NCBI GenBank assembly: GCA_023701005.1
Contig: JAMPXW010000003.1
Span: 9,148 to 73,147 of the forward strand
Length of the DNA: 64,000 bases
Direction of reading: 5' to 3'
Source of the DNA: Burkholderiales bacterium
GTDB lineage: Bacteria > Patescibacteriota > Minisyncoccia > Phycocordibacterales > UBA9973
Position numbers and translations under genes: made by a program. Shown here piece after piece: positions 1-9,658 of this stretch. Position 1 is the stretch's first letter; every line of letters begins with the position of its first letter. The notes below the pieces were generated by a model that saw only the letters and a program-made list of their open reading frames with translations, did no database searches and was not told where the DNA came from.

Positions 1-482
1 ATGGTGATGGAAGTTTTTCTGTAGACATGGGTTTGCCTATTTTTTCTCATACAGACTTTCCAAATAATTTTTTAGAACTAGAAAATTATTTATTTAATTT
101 TGTTTCCATGGGTAATCCCCACGCCGTGGCACAAATAAATAATTTAGAAGAAATAAATATAAAAACATTAGGCCCTAAAATAGAAAATAATAAAATTTTC
201 CCCAATAAAATAAATGTTGAATTTATAGAAAAAATTAATGATACTCATTTCAAAGTAAAAGTTTGGGAACGTGGATGCGGAGAGACACTTTCTTGTGGCA
301 CAGGAGCTTGTGCTATCTTTGCAATTTTAACCTCAAACCCTCCCGCTAGGCAAAACCTAGCGGAAACAAAAGAAATAACTTTAGAGTTTCCTGGAGGCAA
401 ATTATTCCTTTCAAAAAACGAAAAGGACCACGTTATTCTGCGTGGCCCCGCTACTTTCGTATTTAAAGGAGAAATAAATTAA
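1..482 (+). CDS. dapF: diaminopimelate epimerase, C-terminal part (ORF is open to the window edge)
   Basis: Motifs VSMGNPH, INVEF, VWERGCGETLSCGTGACA, FPGG, GPA. Confidence 0.93.
   Translation, partial: GDGSFSVDMGLPIFSHTDFPNNFLELENYLFNFVSMGNPHAVAQINNLEEINIKTLGPKIENNKIFPNKINVEFIEKINDTHFKVKVWERGCGETLSCGTGACAIFAILTSNPPARQNLAETKEITLEFPGGKLFLSKNEKDHVILRGPATFVFKGEIN
343..363. repeat. short palindromic element inside dapF (peptide PPARQNLAE)
   Basis: CCGCTAGG-CAAAA-CCTAGCGG perfect 8-bp GC-rich stem in AT-rich coding context. Confidence 0.55.
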
Positions 483-1561
483 ATAGTATTTCCTGTCTTA
501 ATAACATGATCAACTAATGTATGGGTATACCCCATTTCATTATCATACCATCCAAGCACTTTCACTAAGTTGCCACCCACAACTCTCGTCATTTCTAGGT
601 CTGCGATAGATGCATGAGATTCTCCAAGAATATCTGAAGAGACTAATGGCTCTTTTGTAACTGCAAACAATTTCTCCCATTTTTTATCTTTTGCAGCTTT
701 TTCTAAAATTTCATTCACTTCTTCTTTGGTAGTATTTTTCTTTGAAATAAAAGTAATATCCACTATCGATCCAGCTGGCACTGGCACTCTGATAGATATA
801 CCATCAAACATTCCTTTCAAATCTGGGAAGGCTTCTGTCACAGCTATGGCTGCACCAGTCGAACTCGGAACTATATTTTGTGCAGCAGCACGTCCTTCAC
901 GTAAATCCCCGCCTTGACTCGTCGGCGAGGCAGGTTTTTTGCTTGGCCCATCGACGAGGGCTTGTGAAGCAGTATATCCATGAACAGTATTCAAAATAGC
1001 TTTTTCTATTCCTAAAGATTCGTGCAATATAGAGATGAGTGGAGATGCGGCATTTGTAGTACAAGAAGCATTGGAAGTAATATCACAAGTTCCAAATTTA
1101 TCTTCATTTATTCCGAGTAATATTGTCTCTCCTTTCACACTATCATCTCCTCCCTTGGCAGGAGCAGATATGACAACTTTTTTAGCACCTTGATCAAGAT
1201 GAAATTTTGCTTTATCAAAAGAAGTAAATAATCCAGTAGACTCGACAACGACATCAATATCCAAATCTTTCCATGGAAGTTTTGTTGTATCTTTTTCCGA
1301 GAGAAATTTAATTTCTCGAGGTCCTTCCATAGCTTTAGCGGAAAAGGACGGGTAAATTAATAAATTTCCATTTTTAACTTCTACTTTATGTTCCCAATTT
1401 CTGTACACAGTATCATGACGCAACAAATAAGCGAGGCTTTCTATTGAACCAAGATCATTCACCGCAATTATTTCTAATTCTGGTCTCTCCCAAGCAATTT
1501 TTAAAAAAGCCCTACCTATTCTCCCAAAACCATTTATAGCTACTTTAGTTTTATTTTTCAT
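479..1561 (-). CDS. gap: glyceraldehyde-3-phosphate dehydrogenase (type I) with two palindromic in-frame insertions
   Basis: INGFGRIGR, ESTG, SNASCTTN, WYDNE motifs. Confidence 0.97.
   Translation of the reverse strand: MKNKTKVAINGFGRIGRAFLKIAWERPELEIIAVNDLGSIESLAYLLRHDTVYRNWEHKVEVKNGNLLIYPSFSAKAMEGPREIKFLSEKDTTKLPWKDLDIDVVVESTGLFTSFDKAKFHLDQGAKKVVISAPAKGGDDSVKGETILLGINEDKFGTCDITSNASCTTNAASPLISILHESLGIEKAILNTVHGYTASQALVDGPSKKPASPTSQGGDLREGRAAAQNIVPSSTGAAIAVTEAFPDLKGMFDGISIRVPVPAGSIVDITFISKKNTTKEEVNEILEKAAKDKKWEKLFAVTKEPLVSSDILGESHASIADLEMTRVVGGNLVKVLGWYDNEMGYTHTLVDHVIKTGNTI
905..938 (-). repeat. intragenic palindromic element family A, copy 1 (peptide PASPTSQGGD in gap)
   Basis: atccccgccttgactcgtcggcgaggcaggtttt; near-identical to 10202-10232. 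Confidence 0.85.
1320..1352 (-). repeat. intragenic palindromic element (peptide PSFSAKAMEGP in gap)
   Basis: gtccttccatagctttagcggaaaaggac hairpin; extra peptide where GAPDH normally has a short loop. Confidence 0.7.
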
Positions 1562-1590
1562 ATTATTATTATAATGCTATTATATAAAAA

Positions 1591-4500
1591 ATGGAAGATA
1601 AAGAAATCAAATTTATACACCTTCACACTCACAGCCATTATTCCCTATTGGACGGTCTTTCCAAGCTAAAAGACCTAATAGATTTAGCAAAAAAAGACAA
1701 AGCAGGAGCTCTAGCCATCACAGATCATGGCAATATGTATGGTGCTATAGAATTTTATAAATTAGCAAAAAAAGAAGGTATCAAACCCATCATAGGAGTA
1801 GAAGCATACATCACAGCAGGTTCTAGAAAAGATAGAAATGTGGAATCAAACGGAGGTAAAAGATATTATCATTTGACTTTGCTAGCAAAAAATCTACAAG
1901 GTTACAAAAATTTAATACGGCTAGTCACTCTTTCAAACCTAGAAGGTTATTATTACAAACCAAGAATGGATAGAGAAATATTGAGAGAATATAGTGAAGG
2001 TGTCATAGCTATGTCTGGATGTCTCGGTGGAGAATTGTCACAAAGTATAGTAAATAAAGATTTAGAGAAATCAGAAAAAATAATAAAAGAACATCAGGAA
2101 ATTTTTGGTAAAGAAAATTATTTTATAGAAATTCAATGTCACCCTACAGTAGAAAATGACAAATATGTGAGAGACACATTGATAAGCCTAGCTAGAAAAT
2201 TTGATATCAAAATAGTAGCTACTCAAGATTCTCATTATCCATGTATCGACGATCACGAAGCTCATCACACTTTACTTCAAATCAACACTCAAGGAGATAG
2301 CAAAGAAGCTTCCAAATTTGAATTTTCTGAAGACAATTTTTCTCTAATAAATACAGAAGAAGCTTTAAAAGTTTTTAAAGATATACCTGAGGCTGTCGCA
2401 AATACTCAAATAGTAGCCGATATGTGTAATCTAGAATTAGAACTCGGCAGCTGGGTATTCCCAGATTTTAAAATAGAAGAAGGCAAAACATATGATGAGA
2501 AATTACGCGAGCTTACTTATGAAGGCTTCAACAAGCTTGGCATAGAACAAACAAAAGAAACCATAGAAAGAGTAGAATATGAACTTCAAATTATTTTCAA
2601 AAAAGGGTATTCGCCTTATTTCTTAGTTGTGGGTGATTTATTAAAATATGCAAAAGAAAATGGTATTTTAACGACGATTAGAGGATCTGTCGCAGGCTCT
2701 ATGGTCACTTATCTCGTTGGTATTACAAATGTAAATCCTATTGAATACAAACTCCCCTTCGAAAGATTTTTAAATCCATTTAGACCATCAGCTCCCGATA
2801 TAGATATGGATTATGCCGACAACAGACGGGACGAAATGATAGAGTATGCAAAAAGAAAATATGGTGAAGACAAAGTAGCCCAAATAGGAACTTTCGGAAC
2901 GATGATGGCTCGTGGTGCTGTGCGTGATGTCGCTCGAGCTTTAGGATATCCATACAACACAGGAGACAGAATTTCCAAAATGATACCGATGAGTTCTCAA
3001 GGTATGCCAATGACGATAGATCATGCGATGGAAATAGTTCCTGAATTAAAAGCTGCTTATAAAAGTGAAAAAGATACGAAGAAAATAATTGACCTAGCAA
3101 AGAAATTAGAAGGATGCGTCAGGCACATCTCTGTACATGCTGCTGGTGTCGTCATCGCACCCAAGCCTCTATATGAATACGCACCTACACAATTTGACCC
3201 AAAGGGTGGAAAGATAATCACTCAATACGACATGTACAGTATCGAAGATGCTGGATTATTAAAATTTGATTTCTTGGGAATTAGAAACTTAGCAATATTG
3301 GGAGATGCAATAAGTTTAGTTAAAAGATTTTATAATATAGATATAAATATAGAACGCATACCCCTAGATGACAAAAAAACTTTCGCTTTATTGGCGAGTG
3401 GGCAGACAGAAGGACTTTTCCAATTAAACGGAGCAGGCATGACAAGATATCTAAAAGAATTAAAACCGACTTCAATACATGACATCAATGCCATGGTGGC
3501 ACTCTATCGCCCAGGACCAATGGAATCAATCCCAGAATATATAAAACGTAAACACAATAGAAATCTCGTAAAATATTTAGATCCCAGAATGAAGAAATTC
3601 TTAGGTGAATCTTACGGCCTGATAGTTTATCAAGACGATCTTCTCTTTTGTGCTATAGAACTCGCTGGTTATAACTGGGAAGAAGCAGACAAATTCCGTA
3701 AAGCTGTCGGTAAAAAAATTCCAAAAGAAATGGCTGCTCAGAGAGAAAAATTTACAAAAGGAATAATCACAAATGGACAAACTCCGGAATTTGCAGAGAA
3801 GCTCTGGAAACTTTTTGAACCATTCCAAGCTTACGGTTTCAACAAAGCTCATGCAGCTAGTTATGGGCGTGTAGCCTATCAGACAGCATATATGAAAGCA
3901 AATTATCCTGTCGAATACATGACAGCCATTCTCACCGCTGAATCAGGAGATGTAGAAAAAATATCTGAAATTATCGACGAATGTAAACATATGAATATCC
4001 CCGTCCTCCCTCCAAATATAAATGAAAGTTTTGGTGGATTCACTGTGGTTTTAAATCAAAATGAAAACAACATACCTACTCCAGAAGACACAGCCAAAAA
4101 CGGCAAAATAAGATTTGGATTATATACTATCAAAAATTTAGGCACCGATATTTCGGACGTGATAATAAAAGAAAGAAAAACAAATGGTAATTTCAAATCT
4201 ATAACAGACTTCTTGGACAGAATAAAACACAAAAACTTAAATAAAAAATCAATGGAGGCTTTAATCAAATCCGGAAGCATGGATGAGTGGGGCGACAGAG
4301 GCGTCTTTCTTTCCAACTTAGAAGATATGCTCGCTTACAATAAAGAACTAGGAGTAAAAAATGAAAATCAAGTCTCTCTTTTTGGTGGCTTACCAGAATC
4401 AGACATGAATACATTTAAATTAAAAGAAGCAGAAAAAGCGACACAAGCAGAAAAATTATTGTGGGAAAAAGAATTGTTGGGGCTTTATATCTCAGGACAT

Positions 4501-4821
4501 CCATTGGATAGAATAAGAGATAAATTAGAAAGTCGAGAGATAAATATCAAAAAAATAAAAGAAGAATTAGGTAATGGCAGAGAAGTCACCATCGCGGGCA
4601 TAATAGAAACAGCAAGACAAGTGATAACAAAAAAGAATGAGAGAATGGCATTTCTAAAAATTTCAGATTTAACAGATTCAATAGAAATAGTAGCTTTCCC
4701 AGATATTTTTCAAAAATCCATAGATATCTTAATCCCAGAAAAATGTATAGCTTTCTCCGGCAAAGTTTCTCTTCGTAATGGCGAAAAAAGCATAATCATG
4801 GAAGCCGTAAAAGAAATATAG
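1591..4821 (+). CDS. dnaE: DNA polymerase III alpha subunit
   Basis: PHP domain HLHTHSHYSLLDG, RGSVAGS, PDIDMD, KFDFLG, GFNKAHA, C-terminal OB fold. Confidence 0.97.
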   Translation: MEDKEIKFIHLHTHSHYSLLDGLSKLKDLIDLAKKDKAGALAITDHGNMYGAIEFYKLAKKEGIKPIIGVEAYITAGSRKDRNVESNGGKRYYHLTLLAKNLQGYKNLIRLVTLSNLEGYYYKPRMDREILREYSEGVIAMSGCLGGELSQSIVNKDLEKSEKIIKEHQEIFGKENYFIEIQCHPTVENDKYVRDTLISLARKFDIKIVATQDSHYPCIDDHEAHHTLLQINTQGDSKEASKFEFSEDNFSLINTEEALKVFKDIPEAVANTQIVADMCNLELELGSWVFPDFKIEEGKTYDEKLRELTYEGFNKLGIEQTKETIERVEYELQIIFKKGYSPYFLVVGDLLKYAKENGILTTIRGSVAGSMVTYLVGITNVNPIEYKLPFERFLNPFRPSAPDIDMDYADNRRDEMIEYAKRKYGEDKVAQIGTFGTMMARGAVRDVARALGYPYNTGDRISKMIPMSSQGMPMTIDHAMEIVPELKAAYKSEKDTKKIIDLAKKLEGCVRHISVHAAGVVIAPKPLYEYAPTQFDPKGGKIITQYDMYSIEDAGLLKFDFLGIRNLAILGDAISLVKRFYNIDINIERIPLDDKKTFALLASGQTEGLFQLNGAGMTRYLKELKPTSIHDINAMVALYRPGPMESIPEYIKRKHNRNLVKYLDPRMKKFLGESYGLIVYQDDLLFCAIELAGYNWEEADKFRKAVGKKIPKEMAAQREKFTKGIITNGQTPEFAEKLWKLFEPFQAYGFNKAHAASYGRVAYQTAYMKANYPVEYMTAILTAESGDVEKISEIIDECKHMNIPVLPPNINESFGGFTVVLNQNENNIPTPEDTAKNGKIRFGLYTIKNLGTDISDVIIKERKTNGNFKSITDFLDRIKHKNLNKKSMEALIKSGSMDEWGDRGVFLSNLEDMLAYNKELGVKNENQVSLFGGLPESDMNTFKLKEAEKATQAEKLLWEKELLGLYISGHPLDRIRDKLESREINIKKIKEELGNGREVTIAGIIETARQVITKKNERMAFLKISDLTDSIEIVAFPDIFQKSIDILIPEKCIAFSGKVSLRNGEKSIIMEAVKEI

Positions 4822-4836
4822 GCTGTGGATAACTAA

Positions 4837-4871
4837 ACAAGGGCGGTCCTTTATAAAAGGACCGCCCTTGT
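4837..4871. terminator. long hairpin between convergent dnaE and pth, likely bidirectional terminator
   Basis: acaagggcggtccttt-ata-aaaggaccgcccttgt perfect inverted repeat. Confidence 0.7.
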
Positions 4872-4877
4872 CTAAAT

Positions 4878-5408
4878 TTAGTTATACAAACTCATTGCCT
4901 TATCTTTGCCTTCTATGAAAATCACTTCAATAGCTTCATTTACTTTCTTAGAAAGTTTTTTAAGTTCATTTAGTTCTTTATCTTTAAATTCACCAAGCAA
5001 GAATTTCAAAACATCTTTCTCCCCTTTTGGTTTCTTCAATTTGCCTCCTGGGGTCTCCGGAGAAATACCAATTCTTATTCTCACAAATTCTCTTGATTTT
5101 AATTTTTTGATTATTGATTCCAGTCCATTGTGTCCACCAGAAGATTTATCATAAGATATTTTCATTCTTCCTATTGGCAAATCAATATCATCATAAATAA
5201 CAATCAAATCTTTTAAATCTTTTTTTGATTTTATTAAAGGAGCAACAACTTTGCCAGAATTATTCATAAATTTGTCTGGATACACAAATTTAACTTTATC
5301 TTTTAAATCCAACTTCTTCTCCACCATACCAAGAACAATAAAACCAGTATTGTGTCTACTGTTTTCATACTCTTCGCCCGGATTTCCCAAACCAACGATT
5401 AATTTCAT
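4878..5408 (-). CDS. pth: peptidyl-tRNA hydrolase
   Basis: MKLIVGLGNPG..Y..SRHNTG, FMNNSG, DDIDL, GGHNG; start moved to MKLIV. Confidence 0.95.
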   Translation of the reverse strand: MKLIVGLGNPGEEYENSRHNTGFIVLGMVEKKLDLKDKVKFVYPDKFMNNSGKVVAPLIKSKKDLKDLIVIYDDIDLPIGRMKISYDKSSGGHNGLESIIKKLKSREFVRIRIGISPETPGGKLKKPKGEKDVLKFLLGEFKDKELNELKKLSKKVNEAIEVIFIEGKDKAMSLYN

Positions 5409-5436
5409 CCGAATATTATAACATAAAAAATAAATA

Positions 5437-5509
5437 CACCTCACCCCCAATCTGCTATTAAGCAGATTTTCCCCTCTCCTTAATAAGGAGAGGGGTTAGG
5501 GGTGAGGTG
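5437..5509. repeat. REP-like nested palindrome
   Basis: cacctcacccc...aatctgct/agcagatt...cccctctcctt/aaggagagggg...ggggtgaggtg: outer stem enclosing two hairpins. Confidence 0.75.
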
Positions 5510-5605
5510 CTCCTACCTCAACAAGCGAATACTAGGTGGGGTTATATTTTATTCCACATCACAAATATTCATTGTGTCAAGGCTTTTTTGTGCTAAAATA
5601 AACAA

Positions 5606-6196
5606 ATGGAAGAACAAAATATACCTACACCCACAAAAGGTGCAGAGAAATTCAATAAAAAATCATTTTGGGAGCTAGTTCGTTTTGCTTTGTTTGCCTT
5701 AGCTGTAGTTATACCTGTCCGTATATTTATAGCTCAACCCTTCATAGTATCAGGGTCTTCTATGTTCCCTACTTTTGAAGATGGTCAATATTTGATAATC
5801 GATGAGATATCATACAGATTAAATGACCCAGAAAGAAATGATGTGGTAGTTTTTAAATATCCAAATGATCAAAAAAAATATTTTATAAAAAGAATAATCG
5901 GTTTACCTAACGAGACGGTAGACATAAGAGGGAAAGAAATAATAATCACAAATGAGACACACCCTGAAGGTCTTGTCTTAGATCAAAGCTACATACAAAA
6001 TCCATCTATTGATGATATACATTTCCAATTAAAAGATGGGGAATATTTTGTAATGGGAGACAATCGTAATGCCAGTTCTGATTCCAGATTTTGGGGAGCT
6101 GTATCAAAAGATCTTCTAATAGGAAAAGCTTTCGTGCGATTATTTCCAATTACTAAAGTAGGTATATTGCCAGGTGATTATAAAAAAGTCGAATAA
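5606..6196 (+). CDS. lepB: signal peptidase I
   Basis: TM helix, VSGSSMFPT, FIKRIIGLP, GDNRNASSDSR. Confidence 0.95.
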   Translation: MEEQNIPTPTKGAEKFNKKSFWELVRFALFALAVVIPVRIFIAQPFIVSGSSMFPTFEDGQYLIIDEISYRLNDPERNDVVVFKYPNDQKKYFIKRIIGLPNETVDIRGKEIIITNETHPEGLVLDQSYIQNPSIDDIHFQLKDGEYFVMGDNRNASSDSRFWGAVSKDLLIGKAFVRLFPITKVGILPGDYKKVE

Positions 6197-6212
6197 TTTA
6201 TTTTATCTAAAT

Positions 6213-7523
6213 ATGAAAAAAGTTAAGACAAACTCAAGTTCAAAAAATAATAAAAATCTAGCTTCTCCAAAAGGAATGCGAGATATAATAAATGAAGATT
6301 ATTATAGTTTCCAGGGATTTTTTGAAAAAGCACAAGAAGTCGCTGTTTATTATGGATTCAAACCCATCGAAACACCGATACTAGAAGATGAACAAGTTTT
6401 TGCTCGTGGAGTCGGAGAAGGTACTGACATTGTAGACAAAGAAATGTATAGCCTCAAGACAAAAGGCGGAGATCATCTAGCGTTAAGGCCAGAGCACACT
6501 GCTGGACTTATGAGAGCTTATGTAGAACACGGAATGCAGACACTCCCCCAGCCTGTCATGTTTTATAAATATGGTCCAAATTTTAGACACGACAATCCTC
6601 AACGTGGACGTTACCGTCAATTTTGGCAATTTGATATGGATAGTTTAGGAAGCGATAAAAGTATCATGGATGCTTTGATTATAAAAGTAGGAATGAGTAT
6701 ATTAGAAGAAGCAGGTGCACATAATCTTTCTATTGATATAAATTCAATCGGAGACAAAGAATGTAGAGGGGCTTATATAAAAGAACTCACAAACTATTAC
6801 AAAAAGCATTTAAATGTTTTACCAGCTGTAGATCGTGAACGATTAAAAACAAATCCTCTAAGAATATTGGATTCCAAAGATCCAAAGACAAAAGAAATAA
6901 ACGAAAACGCTCCAGATTCAATAAGCTTCCTCTGCCCTTCCTGTAAAAAACATTTCAAAGAAGTTTTAGAGTATTTAGAAGAAATGAATATCCCTTATAA
7001 TCTAAATAAGAATTTAGTCCGTGGTCTTTCATATTACACCAGAACTGTTTTTGAAGTTATTGAGGAAAATGGTGGTGAAGATGGGTCTCCTCTTACTATA
7101 GCAGGAGGTGGACGTTATGATTATTTAGCTCGCCAACTCGGAAGTAAAAAAGATGTTCCAGCTGTCGGCTTCTCTATTGGAGTAGATAGAATAGTAGATG
7201 CTCCTTGGTACAAAAAGCTCTCTCCTCGTATAATCAAAAAACCAAAAATATATTTCATTCAACTTGGCTCAGAAGCAAAACTAAAAAGCTTAAATATAAT
7301 AGAAATATTACGCAAAGCACATATACCGATAGCTCAATCATTGTCCAGAGATAGCTTAGGTTCTCAGCTTGCCATTGCAGAAAAATTAAATATTCCCTTC
7401 GCTATAATATTCGGAGTCAAAGAAGCGATAGAAGATTCTGTAATCGTTAGAGATATGTCCAATAGATCTCAAGAAACAGTCAAATTAAGTAAACTTTTAG
7501 AATATCTTAAAGAAATAAAATAA
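6213..7523 (+). CDS. hisS: histidine--tRNA ligase
   Basis: PKGMRD, LRPEHTA, GRYRQFWQ, LVRGLSYY, GGGRYD; start approximate. Confidence 0.96.
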   Translation: MKKVKTNSSSKNNKNLASPKGMRDIINEDYYSFQGFFEKAQEVAVYYGFKPIETPILEDEQVFARGVGEGTDIVDKEMYSLKTKGGDHLALRPEHTAGLMRAYVEHGMQTLPQPVMFYKYGPNFRHDNPQRGRYRQFWQFDMDSLGSDKSIMDALIIKVGMSILEEAGAHNLSIDINSIGDKECRGAYIKELTNYYKKHLNVLPAVDRERLKTNPLRILDSKDPKTKEINENAPDSISFLCPSCKKHFKEVLEYLEEMNIPYNLNKNLVRGLSYYTRTVFEVIEENGGEDGSPLTIAGGGRYDYLARQLGSKKDVPAVGFSIGVDRIVDAPWYKKLSPRIIKKPKIYFIQLGSEAKLKSLNIIEILRKAHIPIAQSLSRDSLGSQLAIAEKLNIPFAIIFGVKEAIEDSVIVRDMSNRSQETVKLSKLLEYLKEIK

Positions 7524-7550
7524 CTACGAGCTTAACGCCACAAAATTAAT

Positions 7551-8084
7551 ATGAAAAAGATAGTCCAAAAAGAAGATAGGGTTTTGCACAAAGATGCAAA
7601 AGAAATACCAGTAAAAGACATCACCACCCCTAAAATACAAAAAATACTAAAAGAGATGTCTCAAGCTCTTAAAAATCAAAGTGACGGTGTCGCTCTCGCC
7701 GCTCCTCAAATAGGATATTCCCTTTCAATATTTGTCGTATCTGGAAAAATATTTCATAAAGATTTCGTAAGAGGTATGCAAGAATTTGAAAAAATTCCTG
7801 AAAATGAAGTCCCTAAAGATTTAGTTTTTATAAATCCAAAAATTTCAAAACTTTCCAGAGAAAAAGAATGGCTACCAGAAGGATGCCTTTCCGTGAGATG
7901 GCTTTATGGAAAAGCTTTGAGATCCAAAAAAGCCATGGTGACAGCTTATGACGAAAAAGGTAAGAAATTTCAAAGAGGTGCTTCAGGACTATTAGCTCAG
8001 ATTTTCCAACATGAGACAGACCATCTAAAAGGTGTATTATTTATCGACCACGCCAAAGATATAAGGGAAGAACTACCTCAATAA
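7551..8084 (+). CDS. def: peptide deformylase
   Basis: GVALAAPQIG, EGCLS, QHETDHL. Confidence 0.96.
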   Translation: MKKIVQKEDRVLHKDAKEIPVKDITTPKIQKILKEMSQALKNQSDGVALAAPQIGYSLSIFVVSGKIFHKDFVRGMQEFEKIPENEVPKDLVFINPKISKLSREKEWLPEGCLSVRWLYGKALRSKKAMVTAYDEKGKKFQRGASGLLAQIFQHETDHLKGVLFIDHAKDIREELPQ

Positions 8085-8091
8085 AATAACT

Positions 8092-8994
8092 ATGGTAAAT
8101 AGCAAAAAAAATCTTAATTTTATTTTTTGGGGAACACCAGATGTAGCAAAAGAAACATTAGATATTTTAAAAGAAAATGGCTATTTGCCTTCACTCATTG
8201 TGACTTCCACAGACAAACCACAAGGTAGAAAAATGATATTAACTCCCCCTCCTGTAAAAGTTTGGGCAATAGAAAACAATATTCCATATATTCAACCAGA
8301 AATTTTGTCTGGCAAAGATTTGCTTTTAGCGGGTGTCTCGCAGGCTGACGAGCCGAGAGGCAGCGCTCCGTTAGTAAACGGAAACAGCGACCCGATAAAA
8401 GTAGAATCCTTGCCAGATTTATCTATCGTGGTAGCTTATGGGAAAATTATTCCTGAAGAAATTTTAAATATGCCAAAATTTGGTTCTATAAATATACATT
8501 ATTCTCTGCTACCTAAGTATCGTGGAGCATCACCAGTAGAAAGTGCTATTTTAAATGGTGATAAAGACACAGGTGTCACAATACAAAAAATGGAATACAA
8601 AATGGATACTGGTCCCATTATTTCCACAGAAAAAACAGAAATATTGCCTACAGAAAAAGCTTCCGAATTAAGAAAAAGATTAATTAAAATAGGAGGAGAT
8701 CATTTAGTAAAAACTTTACCAAAGATTTTAGACAACACCATAACTCTAACTCCACAAAAGGATGAAGATGCTACTTATTGCAAAAAAATAAAAAAAGAAG
8801 ATGGCTTGATAGATCTTAATGATGATGCACAAAAAAACTATAATAAATTTAGAGCTTATTCTACATGGCCTCGTTCTTTCTTCTTTTTAGGAGAAAAAAG
8901 AATTATCATCACAGACGCAATACTAGAAAATAATCTTTTCACTATTAAAAAGATCATCCCCGAAAGTGGTAAAGAAACTAGTTACACTAAATAA
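8092..8994 (+). CDS. fmt: methionyl-tRNA formyltransferase with a ~36-aa palindromic insertion
   Basis: FWGTP, VVAYG, NIHYSLLPKYRGASP, MDTGPI; follows def. Confidence 0.94.
   Translation: MVNSKKNLNFIFWGTPDVAKETLDILKENGYLPSLIVTSTDKPQGRKMILTPPPVKVWAIENNIPYIQPEILSGKDLLLAGVSQADEPRGSAPLVNGNSDPIKVESLPDLSIVVAYGKIIPEEILNMPKFGSINIHYSLLPKYRGASPVESAILNGDKDTGVTIQKMEYKMDTGPIISTEKTEILPTEKASELRKRLIKIGGDHLVKTLPKILDNTITLTPQKDEDATYCKKIKKEDGLIDLNDDAQKNYNKFRAYSTWPRSFFFLGEKRIIITDAILENNLFTIKKIIPESGKETSYTK
8308..8417. repeat. MITE-like fold-back element inside fmt (family C)
   Basis: ~27-nt imperfect inverted arms; core aggctgacgagccgaga (8342-8358) identical to 56068-56084. Confidence 0.8.
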
Positions 8995-9003
8995 AAACAA
9001 AAA

Positions 9004-9037
9004 ACCCCTTACAGCGAGTTTTTTGTCTGCAAGGGGT
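9004..9037. terminator. hairpin between convergent fmt and phosphatase gene
   Basis: accccttacag...ctgcaaggggt flanked by A/T runs. Confidence 0.5.
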
Positions 9038-9048
9038 AATTTTAATTA

Positions 9049-9486
9049 TTATTCCTCCACTCCATTTTCAATGTTAATAATTCTCATACATCCATAACCT
9101 ATTCTTTTATATCCAATATCAAAACCCTTAGTTTCTCCGTAGATGTTAGGGAAATCAGTCGTAAACTCAAAATGTGTAACTAATATTACAATATCACGAT
9201 CTGATTTATTTTCTATCATCTTTAGTATTTCTTCTACTTGTTTGGAGTTAAGTTCACCACCACTCGAGCGAAGTGCCTCAACTTCCTCAGTGTCACAGTT
9301 GAGATATCTTTCCAGGATTTCTTTGCTTTCTTTTGTACGTTCTGTAGGTGAGTAAAGAATAATAAAACTAAATTGAGAAAATTTATTTTTTAATTTTTCA
9401 CCCAATTCCTTTAACTGCTCCCTTCCTTCGTTTGTTAGCGAAATATCTACATAATCCCCATGGCGAATTAAAACTAGTTTTTTCAT
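9049..9486 (-). CDS. histidine phosphatase superfamily protein (SixA-like)
   Basis: LIRHG, SPTERT, LVTH motifs. Confidence 0.8.
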   Translation of the reverse strand: MKKLVLIRHGDYVDISLTNEGREQLKELGEKLKNKFSQFSFIILYSPTERTKESKEILERYLNCDTEEVEALRSSGGELNSKQVEEILKMIENKSDRDIVILVTHFEFTTDFPNIYGETKGFDIGYKRIGYGCMRIINIENGVEE

Positions 9487-9658
9487 TTTTTGTTCTCCTA
9501 ATTATTATTTATTGAGTTATTTCTGTCTCTAAAGAATTAGAAACAAAAATAACCCAACAAATCTAACTTAAGAAGTTAATGTCAAAAAACTATTATATTA
9601 CATATAATAGCACAGATATTAAAATCTGTAAATAGTAACGTAAATTAAATATTTTCTT

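Noticed and set aside
4056-4105. Extra peptide NQNENNIPTPEDTAKN in DnaE as a palindromic insert or intein
   Set aside because: No hairpin and no intein motifs; treated as an ordinary variable loop.
4824-4832. Perfect DnaA box TGTGGATAA
   Set aside because: Isolated; no box cluster or dnaA nearby, so no oriC call.
8344-8385. CTGACGA followed by a GCC-GAGA-GGC hairpin looked like a hammerhead ribozyme core
   Set aside because: The required GAAA after stem II is absent and the second copy at 56071 lacks the stem.
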